Origin: Candidatus Poribacteria bacterium
GTDB lineage: Bacteria > Poribacteria > WGA-4E > WGA-3G
Direction of reading: 5' to 3'
Length of the DNA: 64,000 bases
NCBI GenBank assembly: GCA_965197475.1
Contig: CBDANF010000002.1
Location: 1,088,001 to 1,152,000, forward strand
The number at the start of each line of letters is the position of its first letter. Position 1 is the first letter of the stretch. Of this stretch, positions 1 through 10,821 are shown piece after piece. The notes beneath the pieces are model-generated. The model searched no databases. It was not told the origin of the DNA and worked only from the letters and a program-made list of their open reading frames with translations. Both the position numbers and the translations under genes were made by a program.

Positions 1-466
1 GGCCTGGAATTACGCCTTTGCCAGCGGCGAGTCCATCTGCTTTGACAAAAACAGAGGTGTTGCTCGTTTTGATATAGGCTATTGCTTCATCAGCATCAAC
101 AAACGTTCGATACACTGCTGTCGGTATGTCGTTTTTCACCATCAACTGTTTGGCAAAATCCTTACTCCCTTCAAGCCGTGCAGCTTGTCTATCCGGACCG
201 AACGCTTTCAAGCCGCGTTCACGAAACGTATCAGCGATACCCGCTGCTAAAGGGGCTTCAGGACCGACGACCGTTAAGTCAATGTTTTCGGATTCAGCCC
301 AGTTTGCGAGTTGGGCAAAATCATCCCTCATCGGAATAGGTTCTGCGATTTGAGCGATGCCTGCGTTCCCAGGTGCACAGTAAATTTTTTCGACGAGTGG
401 ACTCTGCGCAATCTTCCAAACGAGGGTATGTTCGCGACCTCCCTGTCCAATAACCAAAATTTTCAA
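1..466 (-). CDS. purD: phosphoribosylamine-glycine ligase, N-terminal part (runs off window)
   Basis: Minus strand reads TTG-KILVIGQGGREHTLVWKIAQS...APGNAG...VKADGLAAGKGV, which are PurD motifs; AAGGA lies upstream. Not in the ORF track because truncated. Confidence 0.93.
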   Translation of the reverse strand, partial: MKILVIGQGGREHTLVWKIAQSPLVEKIYCAPGNAGIAQIAEPIPMRDDFAQLANWAESENIDLTVVGPEAPLAAGIADTFRERGLKAFGPDRQAARLEGSKDFAKQLMVKNDIPTAVYRTFVDADEAIAYIKTSNTSVFVKADGLAAGKGVIPG

Positions 467-784
467 CGTGATGTCCTTATCAGTCTATTATACGAACTTC
501 CAAATATGGAACAATTTTCAGGATTATAACTACAGCAGTTGCCCTTCAAGAAGGCGAGAATTTTATCAAGAGATTGTAAAACTTTTATTTTTCTGCTTAA
601 AACAATATTTTAACAAAGTTTCGTCAACAATTCAACAAAAAACTTCGTTAGAAGATATCAGCGTTTCAGCACAAGGCTTTTGAAACGAAACGCACCTCAT
701 TGCTGCTATCCTATTGTCAAATTTCAAGACCTTGTGCTACAATAGTGTTCAGTAATAGAAAACCACTTCCCATAGGAGGGTTAT

Positions 785-1912
785 ATGAAAATTGACAAAA
801 TAGAATCGTTTTTCATTGGAAACGGTTATGTGATCAGGATTCATACGGATACCGGTATTAGCGGTATCGGTCAGACAGCGTGTTGGGGATATCCAGAGGC
901 AGTTGAAAAGATTGTGAATACCTTTGAAAGATATCTCATCGGTCAGAATCCGATGCGCATTGAACATCACTGGCAATATCTCTACCGAATGGGTCCATTT
1001 AGAGGCACCGCATTGAGTGGGGCTATCAGTGCGGTTGACATTGCATTGTGGGATATCAAGGGTAAACATCTCGGTGTACCGATTTGGGAATTGTTAGGTG
1101 GAAACTGTCGAGATAAAATCCGATTGCACTTACTCGGTGGCGGAAGCACTCCAGAAACGATGTTTGAAGCGGCAAAAGCTGCTATAGAGGAAGGTTTTAC
1201 CGCGCTGAAGTTTGATCCGTTGGTCGGAAATTATCAGGATATGGCATTAGATCGGCTTGTGAAAACAGCGCGAGACCTCGTCGCTGCCGCAAGAGAAGGC
1301 GGGGGACCTGATCTTGATCTAATAGTTGAGGTGCATCGGAAACTGACACCGATGAACAGTATCGTATTGGAGTCGGCTTTGGCACCTTTCAATCTCTATT
1401 TCATTGAAGACCCGATTCAGATAGATACGATCACAACGCAAGCCGAATTAGCAAAGCGGATGACAAGTCCTGTCGGAAATGGTGAACGACTAACAACAAT
1501 CTGGGAATTCCGCGAACTTCTGGCAGCAGGGGGTCCTCAATATGTGCGTCCTGATGTTGGATTAGCAGGCGGTTTAACACACTGCAAAAAGATTGCTGCG
1601 ATTGCGGAGGCATACCACAGCGCGGTTGTCACACATAACTTCCTTGGCCCACTGATAACTGCTGCTTCGCTTCATTTAGATGCAAGCATTCCAAACTTTA
1701 TTACACAGGAATATACCAAAGGGGACGAATCGGATGCTTTTGCTGTCTACAAAGTTGCATATCAGCGAGAAGGTGGCTACATTCCGATTCCAGAAGTGCC
1801 TGGCTTAGGTGTTGAACTTGACGATAGTTTAATTGAAAAAACACCTTTTCAACCGATGAATACTGGGACAACACCTTTGCGTGAAGACGGTTCCGTTGCT
1901 TATGCGGTGTAA
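785..1912 (+). CDS. mandelate racemase/galactonate dehydratase-like enolase superfamily protein
   Basis: AISAVDIALWDIKGK, KFDP, EVHR, GER motifs. Confidence 0.9.
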   Translation: MKIDKIESFFIGNGYVIRIHTDTGISGIGQTACWGYPEAVEKIVNTFERYLIGQNPMRIEHHWQYLYRMGPFRGTALSGAISAVDIALWDIKGKHLGVPIWELLGGNCRDKIRLHLLGGGSTPETMFEAAKAAIEEGFTALKFDPLVGNYQDMALDRLVKTARDLVAAAREGGGPDLDLIVEVHRKLTPMNSIVLESALAPFNLYFIEDPIQIDTITTQAELAKRMTSPVGNGERLTTIWEFRELLAAGGPQYVRPDVGLAGGLTHCKKIAAIAEAYHSAVVTHNFLGPLITAASLHLDASIPNFITQEYTKGDESDAFAVYKVAYQREGGYIPIPEVPGLGVELDDSLIEKTPFQPMNTGTTPLREDGSVAYAV

Positions 1913-1986
1913 AATAGTGGCATGATAGGGCTGAGGCATATAGGCATTGCCTACAAAAATGGTGTGCAAAGTACAGGAGATAAAAG

Positions 1987-2787
1987 ATGAATGCTGATGA
2001 AAAATATCTATTTGATCTGAACGGTTATCTTATTGTAAAAAATGTGTTGTCACCAGAAGAGGTCGCATTAGCGAACGAGGCAATTGAAAAACATAGTGAA
2101 AACCTGCGTGTGCGTCCGCGTGAGCAAACGCTTGATGGGGGCTCTGAAGAATTAAGTGGGGAACGCGGTAGAGGGGAACGCGGCGGGATGCTCGGATGGG
2201 AGGAACCGTGGTGTAATCCGTTTCGGCACATGTTAGCACACCCTACACTTGTCCCATATCTCAATGTTATTTTGGGAAAAGGTTTCCGAATGGACCATCA
2301 AATGTTTCTCATCACGATGGATAAAGGGGCAGAAGGCTTTATTTTTCACGGGTCATCAGGCCCTGGGTTTGATCCGAATCAGTACTATATCTTTCGCGAT
2401 GGAAGGATGCACAACGGCTTGACTGTTGTCACATTTCAACTCACCGATGTGCCACCCGGTGCTGGTGGACTGATTGTTATACCGGGCAGCCATAAGAGTA
2501 ACTACCCTTGTCCACAAGAGATGCGTCTTTATCAGAAACATCAGGAACACATCCGTCAGCTTGTCTGTGATGCTGGCGATGCGATTATTTTTACTGAGGC
2601 AGTGACGCACGGGACGCTTCCGTGGACAGCAGACCATCCACGACGTTCAATTTTAACGCGTTACACTGCAGGTAATATGGCGTATGTACCTGCATATCCG
2701 GTGCCAGAATGGGCAAATGAACGGCAGCGCGCGGTTATGGAACCCCCATATCATTCTCGATTGAATCGTCCGACTTTGGATGAGTGA
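1987..2787 (+). CDS. phytanoyl-CoA dioxygenase (PhyH) family protein
   Basis: FDLNGYLIVKNVLS, IPGSHK, AGDAIIF..HG..W..RR. Confidence 0.88.
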   Translation: MNADEKYLFDLNGYLIVKNVLSPEEVALANEAIEKHSENLRVRPREQTLDGGSEELSGERGRGERGGMLGWEEPWCNPFRHMLAHPTLVPYLNVILGKGFRMDHQMFLITMDKGAEGFIFHGSSGPGFDPNQYYIFRDGRMHNGLTVVTFQLTDVPPGAGGLIVIPGSHKSNYPCPQEMRLYQKHQEHIRQLVCDAGDAIIFTEAVTHGTLPWTADHPRRSILTRYTAGNMAYVPAYPVPEWANERQRAVMEPPYHSRLNRPTLDE

Positions 2788-2904
2788 TCCAATTAACGCA
2801 TTTCGTCCTGTCTTTGCAACCGATGCATGGACAAGCACACAGACCGGTCACTATAAAGTATAGTAAAATACCAGAATGTTTAACTTACTACAAAAGGAAT
2901 ATCT

Positions 2905-3969
2905 ATGATGTCATCTTCAACAAGTGCGATTTTCGGTCTAATTTTTTTAGGATTAGCGAACGCTTCCGTTTTCTTGATGTTTAAATTATGGGGTTACCCG
3001 TTTAACAAGGAAACACATAAAAGTGAAGCACCCCGATCATTGGTGCTGCTGCATCGGTGCCTCGGTTATGCGTATGCAATACTCTATGTTTTTATGATGT
3101 GGTACATGGTGCCGCGCTTGTGGAACTACCAAGTGGAATTACCACCCCGCACTGTTGCACACTTGATGCTCGGTATTACTATCGGTGTGCTGATCCTGGT
3201 CAAGGTCGCTATCCTTCGATTTTTTCGGCATTTTGAGGAATCGATGCCGTATATCGGTGTATCCTTACTTATTTGCACCTATCTGTTGATAGGGTTATCA
3301 GTCCCATTCACATTCCGTGAAACTGTGCTTCGGACCCAAACACGAGCATATAGCGATGAAGGGATTGCGAGGACACGTCAATTGATTGAAACGGCTGAGT
3401 TACCGGCGGAGGCACCACTTGACGAACTTGCTTCAAAACGAAAACTGCGGGAAGGTCAACGTGTGTTGCAACACAAATGTGTTGTCTGCCACGATTTGCG
3501 TACGATTCTCGTCAAGCCACGCACACCACCAGATTGGGTGCGCTTAGTTCATCGCATGGCGATAAAACCCGTAATCGGTGAACCGATCACCCAAACAGAG
3601 GAATGGAGCGTCTCCACATATCTGATTGCAATCACACCCGACATCAAGACTGCAGTCAAACAGCAACGTGAAGAAAAGATGCGGGCCGATGAAGCAAAAG
3701 CAGCTCTTCAAATTGCGTCCACTACAATGGCAGATGAATCAACAACAATTGCAACAGCAGACAGCTACGATGAGGTGGGAGCAAAAGCACTCTTTGAGGA
3801 TAAATGCTCACAATGTCATGACCTATCCGATGCTATAGATTTTCCTCCACATTCTAAAGAGGAAACAACAGAGATTATCACTCGTATGATTGACAATGGA
3901 CTATATCTTGAAGAGGAAGATATTGAGTTGATTACGCGTTATATGAATGAAAACATTCTTGTAGAATGA
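2905..3969 (+). CDS. membrane-anchored diheme cytochrome c
   Basis: About 4 N-terminal TM helices; two CxxCH motifs (CVVCH, CSQCH), each followed by an RM distal-ligand candidate. Confidence 0.8.
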   Translation: MMSSSTSAIFGLIFLGLANASVFLMFKLWGYPFNKETHKSEAPRSLVLLHRCLGYAYAILYVFMMWYMVPRLWNYQVELPPRTVAHLMLGITIGVLILVKVAILRFFRHFEESMPYIGVSLLICTYLLIGLSVPFTFRETVLRTQTRAYSDEGIARTRQLIETAELPAEAPLDELASKRKLREGQRVLQHKCVVCHDLRTILVKPRTPPDWVRLVHRMAIKPVIGEPITQTEEWSVSTYLIAITPDIKTAVKQQREEKMRADEAKAALQIASTTMADESTTIATADSYDEVGAKALFEDKCSQCHDLSDAIDFPPHSKEETTEIITRMIDNGLYLEEEDIELITRYMNENILVE

Positions 3970-4008
3970 TTGTCATTACACTCATCGGAATATCATGGAG
4001 GACAAAAA

Positions 4009-4452
4009 ATGAAAACTTTTACACTTTCATCAGAGCACCTGATTAAAAAGCCCCTGGATGAGGTTTTTTCATTTTTTTCTGATGCACATAATCTAACAGA
4101 GATTACACCGCCACGGATGCATTTAGTAGTACTTACACCTCGTCCGATTGAGATGGAGGTTGGTACACGAATAGACTACCGTTTGAAACTTCGTGGTATT
4201 CCTATCCGATGGCAGAGCGAAATAACAGAATGGAATCCACCGCATTTTTTCGCAGATGAACAACGTAGGGGACCCTATCGCTGCTGGATACATAAGCACA
4301 CATTTGTTGAAACTGATGAGGGAACACTTGTAGGGGACGAGATAGAATATGCTGTGCCGGGAGGACAACTGATTAACAAACTTTTTGTTCGACCAGATAT
4401 AGAAAATATTTTTGAATATCGATCGGAAAAACTAAAGGAATTACTGAATTAA
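4009..4452 (+). CDS. SRPBCC (START-like) family protein
   Basis: FFSDAHNLTEITPP, F.DEQ..GPY..W.H.H.F; GGAGG RBS before ATG 4009. Confidence 0.85.
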   Translation: MKTFTLSSEHLIKKPLDEVFSFFSDAHNLTEITPPRMHLVVLTPRPIEMEVGTRIDYRLKLRGIPIRWQSEITEWNPPHFFADEQRRGPYRCWIHKHTFVETDEGTLVGDEIEYAVPGGQLINKLFVRPDIENIFEYRSEKLKELLN

Positions 4453-4904
4453 GTGTGCAACAAATGACGAAAACGCCCAAAATTGTCCGAATCTCAAAAA
4501 AAATTTGACATTTTTTGAGACTTACAAGTATAATATATGTACGTTAGGTAAAAGAAGACGATACGTGTGACATGGTTTGTAATAAATAACGTTGTTGACT
4601 ATATTTTTGCATAGGGAGATTTATTTACAGAAAAAATTAAACTGCTTCCAACTAAAGAAACTGGCTCATGTAAAGAATGAGTGCTAATGAAAAAGTTAAA
4701 CCCATGTGGCCACTGCGTTCATTGAAAACAACAGCACACATTCTTATACATGAGCGAAGAAACTTTTTATTGTCTTTGCGGGTGCTGCTGTTTTGTGTAA
4801 CACGCAAGCGAATGAACACAATACAGAATCCACCCGCTTATCCAAACATTGGAGATTACCACCTGCCCACAACGCAGGAAACCACCAATAAAGGAGAAAC
4901 GGAT

Positions 4905-6381
4905 ATGATGACATTCATAAAAGACTATTGGAAATCTTCTCTACTCGGTGCACTTGGCGCACTCGTGTTACTCTATATCGGACTTTTTATTTACGATGGA
5001 CTGACCCCGAGCGCAACACAAGAAGTAGTAGATACAGACACCCACAACGCCGCAAAACCACCTCCATCCGGTGCAAGACTTGCCGCGCGTATCTACCCCT
5101 CGAATCAAACGCGTGCGTACCAAGACAAATACCCGCCAAAACCGTGCACTGAAGAACATTGGACCTATCCTCCCCATTACATGTGCCATTCCTGCACCAC
5201 CACCACTCCCAACAGATGTCAAGACGCGCCTTATACAGCTACGGCGGAAAATGGTTGTTGCAGGAACATATTACGAGATACGAGATGGTGAAAAAGTTAT
5301 AACTGAGGCAGCATACAAAAGAAGGTATGACGTTCTCGTCGGCGATATGGAACCAGAGGATGCTGTCAACTTCCTTGAAACACACAGAATCTATAACCCC
5401 ATCATTTTGGACAAACTGGAACCTCGCCGTGCCATTGACTACTTCTATAAGGTGATGGTGCCTCAGAAAGAGAGAGAAGCTTACGCAAGAGGTGTTCTTG
5501 CCAGAGCCCCAGACAACCCGGATGCCCAAATGGTGCTGCTAAGTGCAGAACCGGATAACGCGACAGCGGCTGCGGGATACCGTAATATTGTCGCGAAGGA
5601 TCCTGAGAACTACCGTGCACGCAACGCATTAGGATACCGACTGCATTACGATCATCCAGAGGAGGCAATTCAGCACCTAAAGAAAGCGAACAACTTCAAC
5701 TCTGCAATCGGGTTTTTTAGTCTGGGATTGGCGTACGAACGACTCGGTGATGTCAAAACCGCATGGCTCTACTACAGAAAGCAGCAAACGATAAAGAACG
5801 GTGATCTCGTTGAAATACACAAACGGGCGATTGAAATGGGCAACCCGTTGTATAAGCCAATTTCGCAAACATCTTCCCCGATACCAGAATCCGATGCGAC
5901 ACCATTAGATATCGGGACATCACCACACGAAGAAACGTTCACTCCGGTGGCAGAAGAAACCCCTTGGTTACCGGAACTCTCATCCCAGGAACGCCACCCA
6001 TCGGAAAATCAACTGACAGACAAGGATAGCCAAAAAGCCACACGTGCAGAAGCCGTACGTGCAGAATTTCAACGACAGCAAGCCGCCGCACAACAGGAGC
6101 TTGACGATTTCCTGAAATGGGCGGAAAGCATCATGAATGCGGAAGATACTAATAACCTTGATGACTTCCTATCCAAGGAATTTGCGGCACACCTCAACGG
6201 CGGTGATGCACAATTTGCCCCGGAACGCACTGTCCGTGCCTACGAAATGATTGAACGGTACGGTCCTAAAGAGGGTTTACAACGGCTTAAGGAAAAGGAC
6301 CCTGAACTTGCGGAACAGATGGAACGTCTCATTGAAGCAAAACAACCATCTCGCCGTAATAACTCGCAAAACAGAAAATGA
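4905..6381 (+). pseudogene. membrane-anchored TPR protein, frameshifted; paralog of the array at 46.5-55.1 kb
   Basis: AAGGAG RBS, ATG 4905 and the TM helix lie in the 4677 frame; the TPR body lies in the 5071 frame, which has stops at 5026 and 5029. Shares DN...AGYRN.V...P...HPEEA with the array copies. Confidence 0.75.
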
Positions 6382-6440
6382 AGAATGTCCCAGTGTTTTA
6401 GATTTAACCATAAACCCATCATAGAAAAAAGGAGATTCAA

Positions 6441-8144
6441 ATGAGATTTACATGTATTTTAATCGGCATCTTGTGCCTTCTATGCCTTTTTAACCATGGA
6501 AACACCACCCTGGATGCACAGCAAACAACATCCATCCAGATCGAACAACCATATCTTGACCCAAATTGGCGGCCGGAAGCGGGCTACTCACTGACTTTTG
6601 AGATAAGAGTCACCGTGCCTGCTGATTTCTCCAGTGGGACGCTGATCGCAGAACTCCAGAATGTGACTCATTATGCAGGTAAAAGTGGAAATGTGACTGA
6701 CCCAGATGACAGAGTCGTGGACGGAGAGATTTCCGCAGCCGCAGATCTAAGACTATCTCAAACTACGGGTTGGTCGGGGAGCGAAAGTCAGCTCAGCCAC
6801 ACCCTCAGCGGAACGACAACGACGCAGACGATGACTCTGCAAGTTGACTGTGAAGACTACGCTGCCTATGGCGAATTAGTATTGACTGCATCCGGATCCG
6901 ACGGCGCATCCACCCCGGTTACCTACACATCCAACACGGTTACCGTAAAAATACCCAGAGATGAAAACGGCAATAAAATTGCCGATGGCTGGCAAAACGA
7001 CGGAGCCAAGAACTACGGACACGATGACGATAATGATAGCGGGCCAGCTTCCAATTCCAATGACGGTGATGGCATCACCGTCATTGATGAATACAGAGGA
7101 CTTACTCTCAACGGCACATGGACAGCTACCGATCCCAATGGGTGGGATATTTTTGTCCAACTTAGTTCTACTCTCACTGATCCCACTGATCCCACTGATC
7201 CCACTGACACCGGATATAGCACCGATAAAGCAGATGCTTTACCCATGACCGTCCATGATGTGTCGCCAATGCTGGTAGATTGCCTCGAAGGGGCTGTCTA
7301 TTCTTCTGGAATCGGAAGTCACGAGGTTTGCGCCATTAGACTTATTGCATACTCCGGAGAGGATTTTGGAGGTTGTGATTCTGCTACTTCAGCAGGATGT
7401 ATGTATGGGGGACCTCCCAGCATTTACTCAACTGGGTACATCAACCTAAATGTAATACAAAGGGGGATTAAATCCTATAGCGACGACATGGGTATAACTA
7501 TCAATAAAACCGATTATGTAAATGCTGTCATTGCACATGAAATCGGGCACGCTGTTAATCTTGGCCACTGTCCGAATATTGACTGTCCAGACTGTTTTGT
7601 GTGGGGATTAAATGATTGGCCTTCGCAATATGTAACGCAATTTGCTGCGCATCATGATTCAGACTACGATTTAGTACCCAACCCCGGCGGATATCATCCT
7701 CGACAGACTGAATATGGTGGCACACTTCCCGATAGAGGATATAGTAGTGAAAGAGGAGTACATATCCGACAAATCGAAGATATTAATGGGGACGGTGTTA
7801 TCAATATTTTGGACCTAAACGCAGTTGCATCAAAATATAATACTAATTTGTTCGACAAAGATTACAACATTCTTATGGATGTCAACAATGACGAAAGCAT
7901 TAATATTTTAGATTTGGTGCAGGTTGCATCGGCATTTGGTACAGCTTCCGAATTTCCACATCTACCTGAAGACGTTAATGATGACCGTGTTGTCAATATT
8001 TTGGACCTAATCATCGTTGCGTCAAACTTCGGCGAGAGCGGGACACATGTTGGAGATATTAACTGTGACGGCACCGTTGATATTTTAGATTTGGTGCGGG
8101 TCACAGCGGTATTTGGGAGTACGGTTCTCGCCCCTGAAGAATAG
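6441..8144 (+). CDS. secreted zinc metallopeptidase (HEIGHAVNLGH) with C-terminal dockerin type I repeats
   Basis: Signal peptide, HExxHxxxxxH motif, four DxNxDxxxxILDL repeats. Confidence 0.8.
   Translation: MRFTCILIGILCLLCLFNHGNTTLDAQQTTSIQIEQPYLDPNWRPEAGYSLTFEIRVTVPADFSSGTLIAELQNVTHYAGKSGNVTDPDDRVVDGEISAAADLRLSQTTGWSGSESQLSHTLSGTTTTQTMTLQVDCEDYAAYGELVLTASGSDGASTPVTYTSNTVTVKIPRDENGNKIADGWQNDGAKNYGHDDDNDSGPASNSNDGDGITVIDEYRGLTLNGTWTATDPNGWDIFVQLSSTLTDPTDPTDPTDTGYSTDKADALPMTVHDVSPMLVDCLEGAVYSSGIGSHEVCAIRLIAYSGEDFGGCDSATSAGCMYGGPPSIYSTGYINLNVIQRGIKSYSDDMGITINKTDYVNAVIAHEIGHAVNLGHCPNIDCPDCFVWGLNDWPSQYVTQFAAHHDSDYDLVPNPGGYHPRQTEYGGTLPDRGYSSERGVHIRQIEDINGDGVINILDLNAVASKYNTNLFDKDYNILMDVNNDESINILDLVQVASAFGTASEFPHLPEDVNDDRVVNILDLIIVASNFGESGTHVGDINCDGTVDILDLVRVTAVFGSTVLAPEE
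7176..7209 (+). repeat. 9-bp tandem repeat (cactgatcc) encoding TDPTDPTDPTD
   Basis: About 4 units visible in-frame. Confidence 0.8.
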
Positions 8145-8163
8145 CTGCGCAATCTATACTGTG

Positions 8164-8423
8164 TTGTCTGAATCTCGGATTGTACGGATTTCACGGAGGA
8201 CGCGGATTTTCTCAATTGCGATGTATACCTATCAGGACGGACGCATTCCCCCTTGATAAGGGGGTTAAAAAGTCGCTATTTCAGTGATTTAACCCCCTCC
8301 CCCACACGCTATTCGCTATGGGGACCCTTCCTTGTTATCAAGGGGACTTTAAGAGGAAGTGCGTAAGTTCTACCTATAATCCGCGAAATCTGCGTCATCC
8401 GTGAAAATCCGCGATTCAGACAA
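8164..8423. mobile_element. MITE-like element family B (ttgtctgaatc.cggatt...aatccgcgattcagacaa) with a nested family A MITE
   Basis: Terminal inverted repeats; related copies at about 53561-53782 and 55365-55586, and a half copy at about 8597-8632. Confidence 0.65.
8233..8372. mobile_element. MITE family A
   Basis: TIR caggacggacgca/tgcgtaagttcta; 5-bp TSD cctat. Confidence 0.85.
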
Positions 8424-8634
8424 GACAAGGTGCGGCGAATCAACGCCAAATGCGCTTATGGCATTTGGCGGGTTTCGCTATCGCTCTACCCGACCTACAG
8501 GTAGTTTATGTAGAAACGTGAAAAAATATAGCAGAAAAATCGAAAATTAAATAGCCCTATGTGGCAGCTGAAAATACTTGACATAACAAAGTCAAAAATC
8601 CGCGAAATCCGATTAATCCGCGATTCAGACAACG

Positions 8635-8662
8635 GTAGGTGCGGTTAGGAAACCGCACCTAC
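8635..8662. repeat. GTAG-type REP hairpin (gtaggtgcggtt..aaccgcacctac)
   Basis: Palindrome with GTAG end; related REPs at about 8470, 14790, 30167, 31145, 34664, 35007, 35445, 38500, 47747, 51704, 60709. Confidence 0.7.
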
Positions 8663-8715
8663 CGTGCGCGGTGAGCGTTCTGTACTTTCTTATGAGTAAA
8701 AGGAGATGGACGACC

Positions 8716-10821
8716 ATGAAGACCAAATTATTTTTGATTTTAGTGATTTTGTTTACAATACTTATATTTACTCTAAACACCTTTGCCCAAGATTCCCTGC
8801 AATGGCATCTACCCGAAGGTGCGAAAATGCGCCTCGGTAAAGGACAGATACATGAGATAGCATACTCTCCAGATGGCACGCGTTTTGCGGTAGGAAGTTC
8901 TATCGGAACTTGGCTCTACGATGCGGAAACTGGTGAGGAACTTGACCTACTCACGGTGCATACGGTTGCTGTCAGAAGCGTGGCGTTCAGTCCGGATGGA
9001 AAAAAAATCGCAAGTGGCAGTGAGGCTGGCACAATCCATCTGTGGGATGCCGACACAGGACAACTTCTCCGCGCACTTATAGGGCATACGAAAGGTGTTA
9101 TTAGTATAGCGTTCAGCCCGAATGGAAAAAAAATCGCAAGTAGCAGTTGGGACGATACAATCCGTCTGTGGGATACCGACGCAGGCACACCCCTTCACAC
9201 ACTCACAGGGCATATAGGTGTTGCAGGGCATATAGGTGCGGTCCGTAGCATAGCGTTCAGCCCGGATGGAAAAAAAATCGCAAGTGGCAGCACGGACAGA
9301 ACCATCCGTCTGTGGGATGTTAATACGGGACAACTTCTTCACACACTCATAGAGCATACGAATTATGTTGTTAGTGTAGCGTTCAGCCCGGATGGGAAAA
9401 CACTCGCAAGTGGCAGTTGGGACAGAACCATCCGTCTGTGGGATACCGATACAGGCACACTTCTCCGCACAATCACAATCACAGAGCGTATATGGGGGAT
9501 TTCACACGTCATATTTAGTCCGGATGGCAAGACAATCGCAGGTGGCATCACGGACAAAACCATCCGTCTGTGGGATGTTGATACGGGACAACTTCTCCAC
9601 ACACTCATAGGGCATACGAAAAGTGTTATTAGTGTAGCATTCAGCCCGGATGGGAAAACACTCGCAAGTGGCAGTTGGGACAGAACCATCCGTCTGTGGG
9701 ATACCGATACAGGAGAACCCCTCCGCACACTCACTTTGCCTTTGCATTTGTTTTTTGCCTCTACTAACGCTGTGTTCAGTCCGGATGGGAAAACACTCGC
9801 AAGTGGCAGCACGGACAAAACCATCCATCTGTGGGATGCCGACACAGGACAACTTCTCCGTACGCTCACAGGACATACGTTTTCGGTCCGCAGCATAGCG
9901 TTCAGTCCGGATGGAAAAAAACTCGTAAGTGGCGGTGAGCGCATTATCCGTCTGTGGGATATCGACACAGGCACACCCCTCCGCACACTCACAGGACACG
10001 CGTTTTCGGTCCGTAGCGTAGCATTCAGTCCAGATGGAAAAAAAATCGCAAGTGGCAGTACGGACAGAACCATCCGTCTGTGGGATGCGGACACAGGCAC
10101 ACCCCTCCGCACGCTCATAGGACATACGAATATTATCAATAGTGTAGTGTTCAGCCCGGATGGCAAGACAATCGCAAGTGGCAGTGATGATGGCACTATT
10201 CGTTTGTGGGATGCCGACACAGGCACACCCCTCCACACAATCACAGTGGAAAACCGTTTTATTAATAGTATCGCGTTCAGTCCAGATGGGAAAAAGATCG
10301 TAAGTAACGGTCGTATCCGCACTATCCATCTGTGGGATGCCGACACAGGCACATCCCTTCAAACAATCATACTGTCTCGAGTTCACACAGTTGGTTCGAT
10401 CAATATCAAGAGTGTCGCATTTAGCCCGGATGGCAGGACAATCGCAAGTGGTACTGGTTTCAATTATGGCGGTAGACAGGGAGACAACACTATTCATCTA
10501 TGGGATGCCGATACTGGAGAACATTTACGCACCTTCACAAGGCATGCATATCTTGTGGAGCACGTAACGTTTAGTCCGGATGGAAGCACGCTCGCAAGTG
10601 TAAGTGGGGATGGTACGGTGCTCCTGTGGGATATTGCACCTTCACAACTGTCCGAAGATATTAATGGGGACGGTGTTGTGAATATTCAAGATTTAGTTGC
10701 TGTGGCACAGGCTTTTGGCGAAGCGGAACCCGATCTCAACGGTGATGGTGTTGTGAATATTCAGGACTTGATCATTGTGGCATCGGCATTTGGGATGACG
10801 GTTGCCGCCCCTGAAGAATAG
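8716..10821 (+). CDS. secreted WD40-repeat protein with C-terminal dockerin
   Basis: Signal peptide, LPEGAKMRLGKG leader, about 14 highly similar SVAFSPDG..ASGS.D.TIRLWD repeats, EDINGDGVVNIQDL. Confidence 0.93.
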   Translation: MKTKLFLILVILFTILIFTLNTFAQDSLQWHLPEGAKMRLGKGQIHEIAYSPDGTRFAVGSSIGTWLYDAETGEELDLLTVHTVAVRSVAFSPDGKKIASGSEAGTIHLWDADTGQLLRALIGHTKGVISIAFSPNGKKIASSSWDDTIRLWDTDAGTPLHTLTGHIGVAGHIGAVRSIAFSPDGKKIASGSTDRTIRLWDVNTGQLLHTLIEHTNYVVSVAFSPDGKTLASGSWDRTIRLWDTDTGTLLRTITITERIWGISHVIFSPDGKTIAGGITDKTIRLWDVDTGQLLHTLIGHTKSVISVAFSPDGKTLASGSWDRTIRLWDTDTGEPLRTLTLPLHLFFASTNAVFSPDGKTLASGSTDKTIHLWDADTGQLLRTLTGHTFSVRSIAFSPDGKKLVSGGERIIRLWDIDTGTPLRTLTGHAFSVRSVAFSPDGKKIASGSTDRTIRLWDADTGTPLRTLIGHTNIINSVVFSPDGKTIASGSDDGTIRLWDADTGTPLHTITVENRFINSIAFSPDGKKIVSNGRIRTIHLWDADTGTSLQTIILSRVHTVGSINIKSVAFSPDGRTIASGTGFNYGGRQGDNTIHLWDADTGEHLRTFTRHAYLVEHVTFSPDGSTLASVSGDGTVLLWDIAPSQLSEDINGDGVVNIQDLVAVAQAFGEAEPDLNGDGVVNIQDLIIVASAFGMTVAAPEE

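Noticed and set aside
4677-4904. N-terminal extension of the 204-aa ORF
   Set aside because: The RBS and similarity to paralogs place the start at 4905.
9363-10497. Long antisense ORFs (329 and 331 aa) over the WD40 gene
   Set aside because: Shadows of a repetitive coding strand; no recognisable protein.
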